NCBI GenBank assembly: GCA_964600115.1
Contig: CAZRIL010000001.1
Span: forward strand, 42,810 to 106,809
Reading direction: 5' to 3'
DNA: 64,000 nucleotides
Origin: an uncultured Chthoniobacter sp.
GTDB taxonomy: Bacteria > Verrucomicrobiota > Verrucomicrobiia > Chthoniobacterales > Terrimicrobiaceae
The notes beneath the pieces were generated by a model, which saw nothing but the letters and a program-made list of their open reading frames with translations, ran no database searches and was not told where the DNA came from. Positions 36,790 through 46,973 of this stretch are shown here, one piece after another; the first letter of the stretch is position 1, and each line of letters starts with the position of its first letter. Made by a program: the position numbers and the translations under genes.

Positions 36790-39129
36790 ATGAAAACGAC
36801 CTACGGACACTTCACGGGAGATGGGGCGGAGTTCACGATCACTGATCCCAGGACGCCCCGGGCGTTCGACAATTTTTTGTGGAATGACGCGATATTTTCC
36901 AACGTCCAGCAGACGGGGGTCGGGTATTGCGATTACCAGGTGGGTGGCAGCGAGGGCGTTCAGCTTTTTACCGGGGTGGGGCGCATCTGCGACTTCGATG
37001 TCTTCGGGCGCGACCACCTGATGAGCCGGCTGATCTACGTGCGTGACAATGAAACGGGCGAGTTTTGGAACATCAACTGGGAGCCGGTGCGGAGGGCCTA
37101 CGAAAGCTACGCCTGCACCCATGGACCCGGGCATACGACGATCCGCACGAGAGTAGGCGGGATCGAGGCGGAATTCCGGATTTTCATCCCCTTAGGAAAC
37201 GATCCGGTCGAGTTGTGGAGCATCCGGCTGAATAACGCTTCCGGACGCGACCGCTCGCTGTCGGCATTCGCTTACTGCCAGTTCCAGTTCAAATACAAGT
37301 GGGGGTTCGACAGCTACGGGGATATGATTTTCCGCGGCGTCTGGTTGAACCGCGCACTGAACGCAGTCATCGCTTCGAAGCATCCGTTTCGCAAGCCCCA
37401 CAGCCATCTCATCGGTTTCATGACAGCCGACCGGGAGATCACGGCGTTCGACGGCAGCCGCGACGCATTCGTCGGCACCTACAACAGCCTTGCCGACCCG
37501 CAGGCCGTCGTCAGCGGGCGCTGCACCAACACGCCGGGCTCGTCCGAGGCGACGATCGGTGCCGCGCAGTTCGATTTCGAACTGCCGGCCGGCGGAGCGG
37601 AGGAATTTTCTCTGATCGTTGGCGCGACCGATGAGGAGTCGAAGATTGGCGTGCTGAGAGACCGCTACCTCGGGAACGTCGAGGCCTGCTTCCTGGCTCT
37701 GCTCCAGGAAAAAAGGGCGCTGGAGAACCTGAACCGCGTTTCCACGCCGGACAAACATTTTGACCGCATGGTGAACATCTGGACGAAGCAGGGCGCGCTT
37801 TATGGCGCCACTTGGTGCCGCTGGGGCTGGAACGGCTACCGCGATATCGTCCAGCATGGCCTCGGAGTCGCCGCGATCCGGCCTGACCGCACGCGGGAGA
37901 TCCTGCTCGACGCCATCCGGTATCAATACCAGTCCGGAGTGGCCATGCGCGGTTGGAATCCGGTGGATGAAAAAGCCTACTCGGACAGCGCGCTCTGGCT
38001 GGTGTTCACGCTGGTGGCCTACCTGAAAGAAACCGGAGACATGGCGCTGCTGGATGAGCAGGTTCCCTTCTACGATGGGGAAGCGGCATCCGTGCTGGGT
38101 CACGTCGAACGTGCGCTCGACTTTTTGGAAAACAACAAAGGCTCGCACGGGCTCTGCCTGATCAAGTTTGGCGACTGGAACGATTCGCTTACCGGTGTCG
38201 GCAAGGAGGGCCGCGGAGAAAGCGTCTGGCTCAGCCAGGCCTGCTGCGAAGGGCTTCGCCAGATGGCGGATCTGATGCGGCACCTGGGTTGTTCGGATAA
38301 GGAAAACGAATACACGGCTCGCCGCGGGCAGTTGCTGGAAGCGATCAACACTCAAGCCTGGGACGGCGATTGGTATACCCGGTGCTTCGACGACAACGGG
38401 AAGCCGCTCGGCTCGCACCAAAACGAATTTGCGCGGATTTTCATGGAGACCCAGAGCTGGGGGCTGATCTCCGGGGCGGCCGATGAGAGCAGGGCCGGGC
38501 GCCTGATTGCAGCCTGCGATAAAATCCTCGATACTCCGGTGGGCTATCTGCTGTTGGCCCCCTCATTCAAACGCGAGGATCCCGCCATCGGCCGGATCAG
38601 CACCCTCGAGCCCGGCATCTGCGAGAACGGGACCGTTTATTCCCACCTGAACATCTGGATGATTCTCGGGTTGCTGCGATACGGGATGGGAGACAAAGCC
38701 TATGAGGTTTTCAAAAAGATCACGCCGGGCTACATCGAGGGCGACAAGTCACTCAAGGATCGCTGCCCGCCTTACATGTATGCCAACTGCTATTTCGGGC
38801 CCGAACACCGGAATAACAGTTTCCAGATGGAGTTCACGTGGATCACCGGCTCTGTCGCCTGGTTCAACACCGTTCCCGTGCAGGAAATGCTGGGGGTGAG
38901 ACCTGACTTTGACGGTCTGATCATTCAGCCATGCCTCCCTTCGGCATGGGAATACTGTGAGGTTGACCGGACTTTCCGGGGCGTCACCTACCATATCCAA
39001 ATTCACAATCCCGGCCGCCGGAATAGCGGCAAGGTGTCGCTCTCGCTGGATGGAGCTCCTATCGAGGGAAGCAAACTTCCGCTCTCCGAGCCGGGGTCAC
39101 GACACGAAGTCGTCGCAAAAATTTCCTGA
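36790..39129 (+). CDS. GH94-like glycoside phosphorylase, copy 2
   Basis: YGHFTGDGAEFTITDPRTPRAFDNFLWND and FGDWNDSLTG. Paralogous to 25952..28315. Confidence 0.75.
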   Translation: MKTTYGHFTGDGAEFTITDPRTPRAFDNFLWNDAIFSNVQQTGVGYCDYQVGGSEGVQLFTGVGRICDFDVFGRDHLMSRLIYVRDNETGEFWNINWEPVRRAYESYACTHGPGHTTIRTRVGGIEAEFRIFIPLGNDPVELWSIRLNNASGRDRSLSAFAYCQFQFKYKWGFDSYGDMIFRGVWLNRALNAVIASKHPFRKPHSHLIGFMTADREITAFDGSRDAFVGTYNSLADPQAVVSGRCTNTPGSSEATIGAAQFDFELPAGGAEEFSLIVGATDEESKIGVLRDRYLGNVEACFLALLQEKRALENLNRVSTPDKHFDRMVNIWTKQGALYGATWCRWGWNGYRDIVQHGLGVAAIRPDRTREILLDAIRYQYQSGVAMRGWNPVDEKAYSDSALWLVFTLVAYLKETGDMALLDEQVPFYDGEAASVLGHVERALDFLENNKGSHGLCLIKFGDWNDSLTGVGKEGRGESVWLSQACCEGLRQMADLMRHLGCSDKENEYTARRGQLLEAINTQAWDGDWYTRCFDDNGKPLGSHQNEFARIFMETQSWGLISGAADESRAGRLIAACDKILDTPVGYLLLAPSFKREDPAIGRISTLEPGICENGTVYSHLNIWMILGLLRYGMGDKAYEVFKKITPGYIEGDKSLKDRCPPYMYANCYFGPEHRNNSFQMEFTWITGSVAWFNTVPVQEMLGVRPDFDGLIIQPCLPSAWEYCEVDRTFRGVTYHIQIHNPGRRNSGKVSLSLDGAPIEGSKLPLSEPGSRHEVVAKIS

Positions 39130-39170
39130 TTTTATCACAGGTTCCAAAGCCCTGCTCCCGCGGTCGCCAG

Positions 39171-40499
39171 TCAGGTTGTCTGCAGTTGGTAGCAGCGCAA
39201 CTCGCCCGCCGGTGGCCATGCCTCGCGGGGCTCGTCGCGGTTTTCTCCGAGGGTTTCCCAGCGCAGCACATATTCCAGCGAGTCGGTGCCATCCTGCATG
39301 CGGGCCGGAAGGACCCGCGCCTGCATTCCGGGGTAGTCCGAAACCACGTGTGTGATATCCGGCAACAGCATCTTCTTCGGCTTCAGGGTTTGCCGGACGG
39401 CAAGTGTATCCGGGTCGATGAGCCAGGCTCCGGATCCTTCCCGTATGTGCTGGAAAGCGATTCGCAAAGATCCATCCGCCTCCAGGGTTGCAGGCTCCAG
39501 GAGGATTTCGTTTCCGTTGGGGATGGATCCAAAGCCGCTTAACTCCCAGCGGTAACTCCAGTTGCTCACCTGCCGGATTTTCCAGCCTCCGTTTTCAAAG
39601 CGGGCGCAATACGCCTGCGTCATGCCGGCCTCGTCGAATTTTGTGTAGCTGATGATCGGGCGGAGCGCCGCGTCAAACCCGACCCGCTGGCGCGCGTTGA
39701 GGAGGCCGCCATCCGTGGGAATCGGATCCACCACGGCCGGGCATCCGAAGACAGCCGGCACATCGAGCGCCTGGCCGGCCGCATTTTCCCAATGCAGCAG
39801 GTCCGGGCTGCTCATGTAGCAAAGATCGTGGTTTGTCGCGACATCCGGAGTATCCCGCCAACAATAGACCATGTGGAAGCGCCTGTCCGGTCCGAGGATC
39901 GGCCTGACCGCGTAAGGGCTCATGCGGCCCAACCCGTCGAGCAGCGGCCGGTCGAGCAGTCGCCGCCATGTGCGGCTTTCATCGTCGTAGATATTGTAGT
40001 AGTCCGCGCCGTTGCCGGATATTCCGGTACGGTAGCGGAAGACAAGCCTTCCATCCGGCCGCAGCAGGAACACCGGATACGTGCAGGCGGATTCCAGTTC
40101 GCCGGTCATCCGGTTGATGCGCTCGAAGCTCGAAATATCATGGGGAAGCCGTGTCCGGAAATAGACCAGTGGGTGGTTGTGCATGTTACCCGATAGGTGC
40201 AAAAAGCCGCCGGAATCCATGGCTAGAACCAGGCTGTTGTGGGAGTCCCAGCCCAGCTCGGTAGTACTTTCCTCGGCTCCTTTTGGTCTGTGGGCCGGTC
40301 GCATCGCCCCTTGCGGCCGGGCCAGCGACCACCCGGCATCCCCCGCTCCCCGCGCGGCCACCGTCATCCGGCGCTCCCCGTCGTAGAAGGCCGCATATTG
40401 CCGCTCCCCGCAGTGAAGAAAGGCAAACCCCACCGGGTGACCGGCCCAAACATCGGATACCGGCGTGGATGAGACAATCGTTCGATCTTGATATGGCAT
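39171..40499 (-). CDS. BNR-4 repeat-like protein (putative polysaccharide-active beta-propeller)
   Basis: N-terminal VWAGHPVGFAFLHCGERQYAAFYDGERRMTVAARG resembles BNR_4 (PF15892) proteins as I recall them. Start at MPYQDRT (40499). Confidence 0.55.
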   Translation of the reverse strand: MPYQDRTIVSSTPVSDVWAGHPVGFAFLHCGERQYAAFYDGERRMTVAARGAGDAGWSLARPQGAMRPAHRPKGAEESTTELGWDSHNSLVLAMDSGGFLHLSGNMHNHPLVYFRTRLPHDISSFERINRMTGELESACTYPVFLLRPDGRLVFRYRTGISGNGADYYNIYDDESRTWRRLLDRPLLDGLGRMSPYAVRPILGPDRRFHMVYCWRDTPDVATNHDLCYMSSPDLLHWENAAGQALDVPAVFGCPAVVDPIPTDGGLLNARQRVGFDAALRPIISYTKFDEAGMTQAYCARFENGGWKIRQVSNWSYRWELSGFGSIPNGNEILLEPATLEADGSLRIAFQHIREGSGAWLIDPDTLAVRQTLKPKKMLLPDITHVVSDYPGMQARVLPARMQDGTDSLEYVLRWETLGENRDEPREAWPPAGELRCYQLQTT

Positions 40500-40585
40500 G
40501 GTCTGAAAGACTGGGATGGCGTTAGCATCCAGGACAGCGGATTTCCATTCGACACCATCGAAGACAGGAAATCCAGAAAAGTTTC

Positions 40586-40597
40586 GTGAACATTCAC
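40586..40597. promoter_or_regulatory. Palindromic site GTGAACATTCAC
   Basis: Lies in the divergent region between the BNR-4-like (-) and MFS (+) genes. Confidence 0.45.
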
Positions 40598-40752
40598 GGG
40601 ATGGGGGTTGACTGTCCGCGCGCGGCATCGTAGTTATTGCGGTGTCCGGTCCCCGCCATTCTCAGCAACGTGGAAAACATCTCCTCTGACATGCCGCATT
40701 TTCCGCGATTCCGTCCCGGAGCCTCAGGGTTTGATGGCAGGCGCAAAAAACA

Positions 40753-42276
40753 GTGTTTGGCTGTGGCCGACCGGGGGGCTGTGTGGTGACGGGGGACGCC
40801 CATATTAAAGATCCCGCCCGCCTGCACGTCGGCACGCTGCGCTACACAATGGCCGGCCTGCTGTGGGTCTTCGTGTGGCTGCTGTGGGGAGATTTTTGCT
40901 TCACGGTGATGGAATACGTGAACGGCCAGATCGTGCCGTTGCGGCTCCGGGAACTGCAGGCTCCGGACTGGGTGCTGCCGGTCATCCTGACGACCGTTCC
41001 CAGCATTATCAGCTTCACTCTCAACCCCGTCATCTCAACCATCAGCGACAGGCATCGCGGGCCGCGGGGCCGACGGATTCCGTTCCTGCTGTTCTCGACC
41101 CCCTTCATTTCCGCGACGCTGGTGCTGATGGCGTTTTCTCCGGAAATCTCCGCATGGCTGCACCGGTGGGTGGGTCCTCTGGGCGGATGGGGGGTTGTGG
41201 GCATTTCGATCTTCACCGTGGGCCTGTTGATGGCGAGCTTCAAGGTGTTCGACACGTTCGTGAACACGACGTTCTGGTATCTTTTCAACGATGTCGTGCC
41301 ACAGGCGTTCATGGCCCGCTTCATGGGGATGTTCCGGGTTGTGGCCAGCCTCGCGGCGATGCTCTTCAGCTACTTTTTCTACGAGCACGCGCTCACCCAC
41401 ATGCGCAGGATCTACCTCGGGGCGGCGGGCATTTATTTGGTGGGGTTTACGATGATGTGCCTGTTCGTCAAGGAAGGCGAATACCCGCCGCCGCCACCCA
41501 GCCCCGGCGCCTCGCTCGGCATCTGGAGGCGCATGCTGGCCGCGATGAAGGAATATGTCCGCCAGTGCCTCTCCCACCGGCTGTATATCTATTACTTCCT
41601 GATGGGCATGTTCATGGTCGTGGCCAATGCAATCGCCCTGTTCGGAGTCTTCCTGAACCTCTCGCTCGGCATCACTTTGAAACAGCTCGCGATGATCAAT
41701 ACCGCCATCCAGTTTGTGATGCTCATGCTGAACTATCCAGCCGGGGCGCTGGCCGACCGCTTTCACCCGATCCGGATCATGTTGTGCATGATGGGCTGCC
41801 TGCTGCTGGTTGTGCCGCTCAACTTTGTCTGGATGTTCGGCAGCTTCCCTGCCGACCGTTTTTTCCAGGTCAACCTTCTGGGTTACCCGGCGGTCCTGCC
41901 GGTCAACCTGACGATCCTGATATCGCTCATGGCGCTGGATTTGCCGATCACCCTGCTCCTCGGCGCGGTGGGGATGCCGTTGATGATGCGCCTGCTGCCC
42001 AGGGAGGAGTTCGGGCAGTTCTGCTCGTTCAACGCCCTTGTCAGCGCCGTCATGAATATCCTGGCCTCCCTGTCCGTCGCCTGGTTCATGACCGGGATGC
42101 GGACGCTCCTGCCGGACGCGGTCTGGGGAAAAGACTTTTGCTACCGCATGATCCCCGCCTGGCGGCTCCCGTTTCTGGCTCTTGCGACGCTTTTCCTCTG
42201 CCTGCTCTACCGGGAGTGGAAGCGCCATGGTGGCGAGAAAAACTACTCTCCCCCCGAGCCGCCTGCTGCCGGCTGA
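40753..42276 (+). CDS. MFS transporter (oligosaccharide/glycoside importer-like)
   Basis: 12 hydrophobic helices, with SDRHRGPRGRRIPFLL after TM2 (an MFS loop 2-3-type motif). GTG start is uncertain (40753 or 40783/40786). The out-of-frame ORF 40863..42320 is a high-GC shadow. Confidence 0.8.
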   Translation: MFGCGRPGGCVVTGDAHIKDPARLHVGTLRYTMAGLLWVFVWLLWGDFCFTVMEYVNGQIVPLRLRELQAPDWVLPVILTTVPSIISFTLNPVISTISDRHRGPRGRRIPFLLFSTPFISATLVLMAFSPEISAWLHRWVGPLGGWGVVGISIFTVGLLMASFKVFDTFVNTTFWYLFNDVVPQAFMARFMGMFRVVASLAAMLFSYFFYEHALTHMRRIYLGAAGIYLVGFTMMCLFVKEGEYPPPPPSPGASLGIWRRMLAAMKEYVRQCLSHRLYIYYFLMGMFMVVANAIALFGVFLNLSLGITLKQLAMINTAIQFVMLMLNYPAGALADRFHPIRIMLCMMGCLLLVVPLNFVWMFGSFPADRFFQVNLLGYPAVLPVNLTILISLMALDLPITLLLGAVGMPLMMRLLPREEFGQFCSFNALVSAVMNILASLSVAWFMTGMRTLLPDAVWGKDFCYRMIPAWRLPFLALATLFLCLLYREWKRHGGEKNYSPPEPPAAG

Positions 42277-42388
42277 CAGCCGGAATCACTATGTTAACCC
42301 GCCGCAAAAATCACCGCTAGTCGAGGAGGCGACTTGACAAAACTCTTTTCAATGGGGTCGCTCACGTCAGCATATCCAATTCTGTAAA

Positions 42389-45300
42389 ATGCTATCTACA
42401 AGAGGCTTCTGGTCTGCGACCTGCGGAGGAATCCGGATGGTTCACAGGCGGCGGGGGATGGCGCTTGTCATTGTCCTGGCATCCTTGGTTTTGCTGTCGA
42501 TCCTGGTTGTCAGCATCCTGACGTCGGCCCGGCAGGAAGTGACTTCCTCCAATTCCTACGGGGCTGGCAGCGATGCCAAACTGCTGGCCGACCTTCCCTT
42601 AAATCTCGTTACCGCACAGATTGCGAAGGCGACCTCGAACCCCGACCAGGCGTGGATTTCCCAACCCGGGCTCCTGCGCACATTCTCGCCGGATGGCCAG
42701 CAGAAGGCCTTCAAGCTGTATTCCTCTTACAAAATGGAGGAGTCCGGAACCTATGATCCTGGCAGTGCGGCGGCACTCTCGGCCGACGTTCCCGACAAGT
42801 GGTTTGAAAAGCCGGACGAGTTCGTGGATTTGAACCGGCCCATCCAGTTCGGAAACCGCAAGATCTACCCGATCGCGGACCCGAATGCTTACGATGCGTC
42901 CAAGCCCTCTGACTCGCTCGTGCAGGGGTTTTCCTACGATGTGCCGGCTGCCATCAACCCGCCTGCAGGGAACGCCACAACCAACCTGCTTCCGATGCCG
43001 GTGCGGTGGATTTACGTGACGGCGGACGGCGAGTTCGTCGGTGTGGACGACGCCAGACGCCGGGAGGCGGTTGCCCGGGTGGCCTTCTGGACCGACGACG
43101 AAAGTTGCAAGGTCAACCTCAACACGGCTTGCGGCGGAGTTTTCTACGACACGCCCTGCACGAACACCTTGGAAGACCACATGCTGGGCCGCACCCAGCC
43201 GATCGCGCAGGAGTACCAGCGGTGGCCCGGGCATCCGGCCACGACCAGCCTCGCACCCGTGCTCAAGCCCTTGCGCGATATCGCCGATCCGGTCGCGCGC
43301 TCCCGGATTGCGGCCGGGCTCACACCGAGAATCGCCTGGGGGGGATCTTCGGGAGGAACAAAATACGCCTGGCTCACGCGCGAGCTTGGCTCGACGGATA
43401 TGGACCGCCTTTACGCCACGCCGGACGAGCTCTCATTCGGCAAAGGCCTCGATGCCGCCGGCCTGCGGGTCTCGAACACCGTGAACGGCATTGATCTGGA
43501 GAGCGGCGGCCAGAAGCTCGATGAGCTCCGCTTTTTCCTGACCACACAAAGCCGTTCGCCCGAACTGACCTTGTTCAATCGGCCGCGCATCAGCCTCTGG
43601 CCGTTCAACGAGGAGATGGTGCAGACCACTGTGGACGGACGCCTCACTCCCGAAGACCGGCTCATCCGCTTCGCGTCGGAACTTGGCGGCGTGAAGGCCG
43701 ACGGAACGCTCGATTACACGAAGCGCAAGCGGTTCTACTTCCAGCGCAAGAGCGCGTGGGATCCGGCGGCAGACTGGCGGGATATCCCGTCCAACCGCGC
43801 GATTTTCCGCTACCTCCAGGACATGACCGCGCGCTCGCTGCCCTCGGCAAAATCCGACCGCGCCGGAACTGAGACCCTCCGGTCCAAATACGGTCAGGCC
43901 AACCGGGACTCCATTCTCGCCTGCATGTGGGACTATTTGAGAAGCGGGGTGAACACGGTCAACCAGGCCTATGTGCCGGTCGGGTTCCTGCCCTATTCAT
44001 TTCCTCAGGGATACGACACCACAATCTCGGGGTTCAATGACGTGGCGCCCCTCGTCATTTCCGACCTCGGGACAAAAGGCATGGGCCGCCATCCCGTGCT
44101 CACCGAGGTGATTTTCCAGTTTGTCAACATGGGGGATGATTTTGAAAAGGATGCCTCCGGCACGGCGATCGACCAGCGCGATAACAACAACCCCGCCAAC
44201 CTCACGCCCGATGGGATGCCGGACTATGTCATCCGCAGGGTCCGCATGGTTGTCCTGTTGAATTTTCAGATGCCTGTAACCAGCCTGTATGGCAGCCTGC
44301 CGCGGCTTCAGGTGAAGATAACCGGCTCCACACCGTTCAACTTTGTGACGGATAATGCCTCGCTCTCCCCGGTTCCCAGCCCTCTCATGAACCCCGGACT
44401 ATCCCAGCCGATCAATGTCCGGAATGTGGCCGGCGGTATCCCGTCATGGACGACCACGCTGGCGCCTGCAGGCATCGGGTTTCCCGCCCCGGCGTCGGAC
44501 GGAGCTTTTCGCAACACCAACTACGTCGGCTCGTTTTTTAACGGCAGGAGCTCCTACGATACCCGGGGGGGAATTTTGGGGCCCGGCTTCGGAATGTATG
44601 CCGTGATCGAGAACAAGATGAAATCGAGCAACAGTTCCACCGACCCGGAAAACGTCCACCGCCTCAAGGTTCTTTCCAACCGGGCCTCAACGCTGGAGGC
44701 CGCCGACCTGGCTTGGCGGAATTCATCCGCCTCATCGTGGGCGGCGCGCGAGGACGTCTATTACCCCTTCGTCAGCGACGTGATCGAATTTCGCCTTCCG
44801 CAGAAGGGCCGGACATTCACTCCTCCCAGCCTTCTGCCAAATCCGCTTCCGTCTCCCAATCTGGCAGACCCGGTGAACTCCTATACCACGGGCATGGTCG
44901 GCGGCACGATCACCCCCGCCGGGAAGGATTACTTCGAAGCGTTCCTCTCCGGAGGCACTCTCGATGTGGCGGTTTATCCGGGCCTGCAGGATTCGGCCAC
45001 AGCCCTCTCTCCCATCGGTTCGAATTGGCAGGCTCAAACCGGCACGAATTATTTGATGAAGACCACGATCAACGTGGGCAGTGCCGTCATCCCGCTCCCG
45101 CGGCCGGGGCCTGACCTGGTCAATGCTTCGAGGGGAACCAGCATCCCGAACCCTCCGAGCCCACCCACATTTTTGGCGATGGGCAACTATTACGAGCGGA
45201 CGAAGCTGGTCTACGTCGACAACCTGCTCCAAGTCCCATCCAAGATCACAACGAGCGCGACCCCGGTCGTCACGACGCAGATGGACGTCTTCCGCTCCTA

Positions 45301-46783
45301 CCTGCTGCAGGGCGGGGCTCCTGTGAATGGCGACTTGCGCCTCGCGGCGCTGCGCTCCGAGATTCCCTCGTCCTGGTGGCAGCCGCATCCGCTTTTTTCT
45401 ACACGAGGGGTTTTTCACGGAACCAGCTTCCTGCCTGGCCAGCAGCAGCAAGCCACTCCGATTGATGCAGCGAGCGGTGAAAAGGCGGATCTCTGCACGG
45501 TTGACGGCGACACCGCCACGACGAACCCGTTCACGGCCCGCAGCAAAGGGGGCAGGCTGCACAGCGGGATCTCGATCTACAATACCGGAGCTTATCGCGC
45601 GACCTCGCCGGCGGCCAAATCCTCCTCCCGGAACGGATCGGCGGCAGTCGGGGATTTTACTCTGGGCTTCGGGAATATCTCTGCGGGCGCGGTGGTGGCC
45701 GGTCCGGATCTGGGAGGAGTTTCCTGGGAACAAAACGTGGCAAGCTCTTTGACGACCACCGGCCCATATTTTTCCGGAGAGTTCAGCCGGGCCGGATCGA
45801 ACGATACCGCCACTGTTACCGGCGGAGCGTCGGGCAAAAATCTGACGGGCATCATGTATTCCCCCTTCAAGCAGGTGCCCTCGCCGGTCATCTTCGGCAG
45901 CATCCCCTCACGCGCGGGGGACCCGGCACCAGGATCATGGGAGACGCTGCTTTTCTGCCCGAACCCGGCGGGCGGAAAGAACACCCATCGCGGCTGGACT
46001 CAGGCTCCCCGCGACCATTACCTGCTCGACCTGTTCTACATGCCGGTCGTCGAGCCCTACGCGATCACGGAAAACTTCGCGACGGCCGGCAAGGTGAACC
46101 TCAACTACCAGATTGCGCCGTTCACCTACATCAAGCGCAAGACCGCACTCTACGCGCTCATGGATAGCATGACGGCAAACTCCACATTCAGCCTTGCCCC
46201 CAACTACACAGGGAACGCTGCAGGGTCGGCGATTGTTGCGGTGCCCGATACCGAAGCTTCCAACACCGCCTATCGCACGGTTTCCAACGGCGTGAAATTG
46301 TCCCAGGCCGGGGCGGCCTCCTACCGGAAATTCGTGGATGCCGAAAATACGCTGAAAGCGTTCGACACGCGGTTTGACACGCAGAACGACCCGTTTGTAT
46401 CACCTTCGGAAATCTGCGAGATGTTCTTGAGTCCGGTCGGAGCGGCTGCCGCGGAGGCCTTCTGGGCCGACAAGACGCTGACCGGAGACGATAAACGGGA
46501 GATGCCTTACAATCACCTTTACCCCCGCGTCACCACCCGGTCCAACACGTTCCGGGTCCATTTCTGGGTGCAGGCCCTGAACTCCCGCCTCGGTCGCGAA
46601 AATCCGATCGTCACCGGCGAATACCGGGGCTCCACAATTATTGAAAGATACCTCGACCCCAATATCACGGAATATGGCACCGGTTTCGGCGATGGGAATT
46701 CGTTCGATGTGAATGCGGCCTTTCCTCCCCTGAACGACCGCTACCGTTTCCGCCAGCTCGAGCACCAACAATTTGCTCCATGA
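42389..46783 (+). CDS. Verru_Chthon cassette protein A-like giant protein (GspK/PilX-like N-terminal segment)
   Basis: 1464-aa ORF. The N-terminus RRGMALVIVLASLVLLSILVVSILTSARQE is a pseudopilin-like hydrophobic helix lacking Glu5. The rest has no motif I recognise. Size and context match my recollection of TIGR02600. Alternative starts at 42437 and 42458. Confidence 0.7.
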   Translation: MLSTRGFWSATCGGIRMVHRRRGMALVIVLASLVLLSILVVSILTSARQEVTSSNSYGAGSDAKLLADLPLNLVTAQIAKATSNPDQAWISQPGLLRTFSPDGQQKAFKLYSSYKMEESGTYDPGSAAALSADVPDKWFEKPDEFVDLNRPIQFGNRKIYPIADPNAYDASKPSDSLVQGFSYDVPAAINPPAGNATTNLLPMPVRWIYVTADGEFVGVDDARRREAVARVAFWTDDESCKVNLNTACGGVFYDTPCTNTLEDHMLGRTQPIAQEYQRWPGHPATTSLAPVLKPLRDIADPVARSRIAAGLTPRIAWGGSSGGTKYAWLTRELGSTDMDRLYATPDELSFGKGLDAAGLRVSNTVNGIDLESGGQKLDELRFFLTTQSRSPELTLFNRPRISLWPFNEEMVQTTVDGRLTPEDRLIRFASELGGVKADGTLDYTKRKRFYFQRKSAWDPAADWRDIPSNRAIFRYLQDMTARSLPSAKSDRAGTETLRSKYGQANRDSILACMWDYLRSGVNTVNQAYVPVGFLPYSFPQGYDTTISGFNDVAPLVISDLGTKGMGRHPVLTEVIFQFVNMGDDFEKDASGTAIDQRDNNNPANLTPDGMPDYVIRRVRMVVLLNFQMPVTSLYGSLPRLQVKITGSTPFNFVTDNASLSPVPSPLMNPGLSQPINVRNVAGGIPSWTTTLAPAGIGFPAPASDGAFRNTNYVGSFFNGRSSYDTRGGILGPGFGMYAVIENKMKSSNSSTDPENVHRLKVLSNRASTLEAADLAWRNSSASSWAAREDVYYPFVSDVIEFRLPQKGRTFTPPSLLPNPLPSPNLADPVNSYTTGMVGGTITPAGKDYFEAFLSGGTLDVAVYPGLQDSATALSPIGSNWQAQTGTNYLMKTTINVGSAVIPLPRPGPDLVNASRGTSIPNPPSPPTFLAMGNYYERTKLVYVDNLLQVPSKITTSATPVVTTQMDVFRSYLLQGGAPVNGDLRLAALRSEIPSSWWQPHPLFSTRGVFHGTSFLPGQQQQATPIDAASGEKADLCTVDGDTATTNPFTARSKGGRLHSGISIYNTGAYRATSPAAKSSSRNGSAAVGDFTLGFGNISAGAVVAGPDLGGVSWEQNVASSLTTTGPYFSGEFSRAGSNDTATVTGGASGKNLTGIMYSPFKQVPSPVIFGSIPSRAGDPAPGSWETLLFCPNPAGGKNTHRGWTQAPRDHYLLDLFYMPVVEPYAITENFATAGKVNLNYQIAPFTYIKRKTALYALMDSMTANSTFSLAPNYTGNAAGSAIVAVPDTEASNTAYRTVSNGVKLSQAGAASYRKFVDAENTLKAFDTRFDTQNDPFVSPSEICEMFLSPVGAAAAEAFWADKTLTGDDKREMPYNHLYPRVTTRSNTFRVHFWVQALNSRLGRENPIVTGEYRGSTIIERYLDPNITEYGTGFGDGNSFDVNAAFPPLNDRYRFRQLEHQQFAP

Positions 46784-46790
46784 CAAGCCG

Positions 46791-46862
46791 TTCATGCGAC
46801 AGGAAAACCAGCGCGATAGCGCTTCGCAGTTTGGGGAAGTCGAATGCTTGGCCCAGGGAGGG
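46791..46862 (+). repeat. 72-nt intergenic element, copy 1
   Basis: ttcatgcgacaggaaaaccagcgcgatagcgcttcgcagtttggggaagtcgaatgcttggcccagggaggg. It starts 7 nt after the stop of gene A, is 61/72 identical to copy 2 by hand alignment, and is followed by the hairpin GGCAAC-N16-GTTGCC (46861..46888). Confidence 0.65.
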
Positions 46863-46961
46863 CAACCGGAGCGAAGCGAAGCGTTGCCGCATCCCCTCAC
46901 GGATGGCGAAACCACCCCACCCGAAAATCTTGCGTCTTTCTGCATATCTGAGACTGTTTAT

Positions 46962-46973
46962 GGGAACGTTCCC
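46962..46973. promoter_or_regulatory. Palindromic site GGGAACGTTCCC inside the pilin-like cassette
   Basis: Perfect palindrome about 22 nt upstream of ATG 46990 (gene B), in the 206-bp spacer after gene A. Confidence 0.5.

Noticed and set aside
40863-42320. 485-aa plus-strand ORF almost co-extensive with the MFS gene.
   Set aside because: It is in a different frame from 40753..42276. Its product is Arg/Pro/Gly-rich and non-membrane-like, whereas the chosen frame gives 12 clean TM helices and an MFS loop motif.
42334-42390. Possible sigma70 promoter (TTGACA at 42334, TAAAAT-like at about 42385) upstream of cassette gene A.
   Set aside because: The spacing between the two hexamers (about 45 nt) is incompatible with a single promoter, and the -10-like hexamer overlaps the candidate ATG. 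Not supportable from sequence alone.
46791-46862. The 72-nt repeat as a conserved small peptide (translations DSASQFGEVECLAQG and DTASEFEAVECLAQG).
   Set aside because: Substitutions between the two copies fall mostly at first and second codon positions in that frame. Another frame has a TAG, and there is no start codon or RBS context. A nucleic-acid-level element is more likely.
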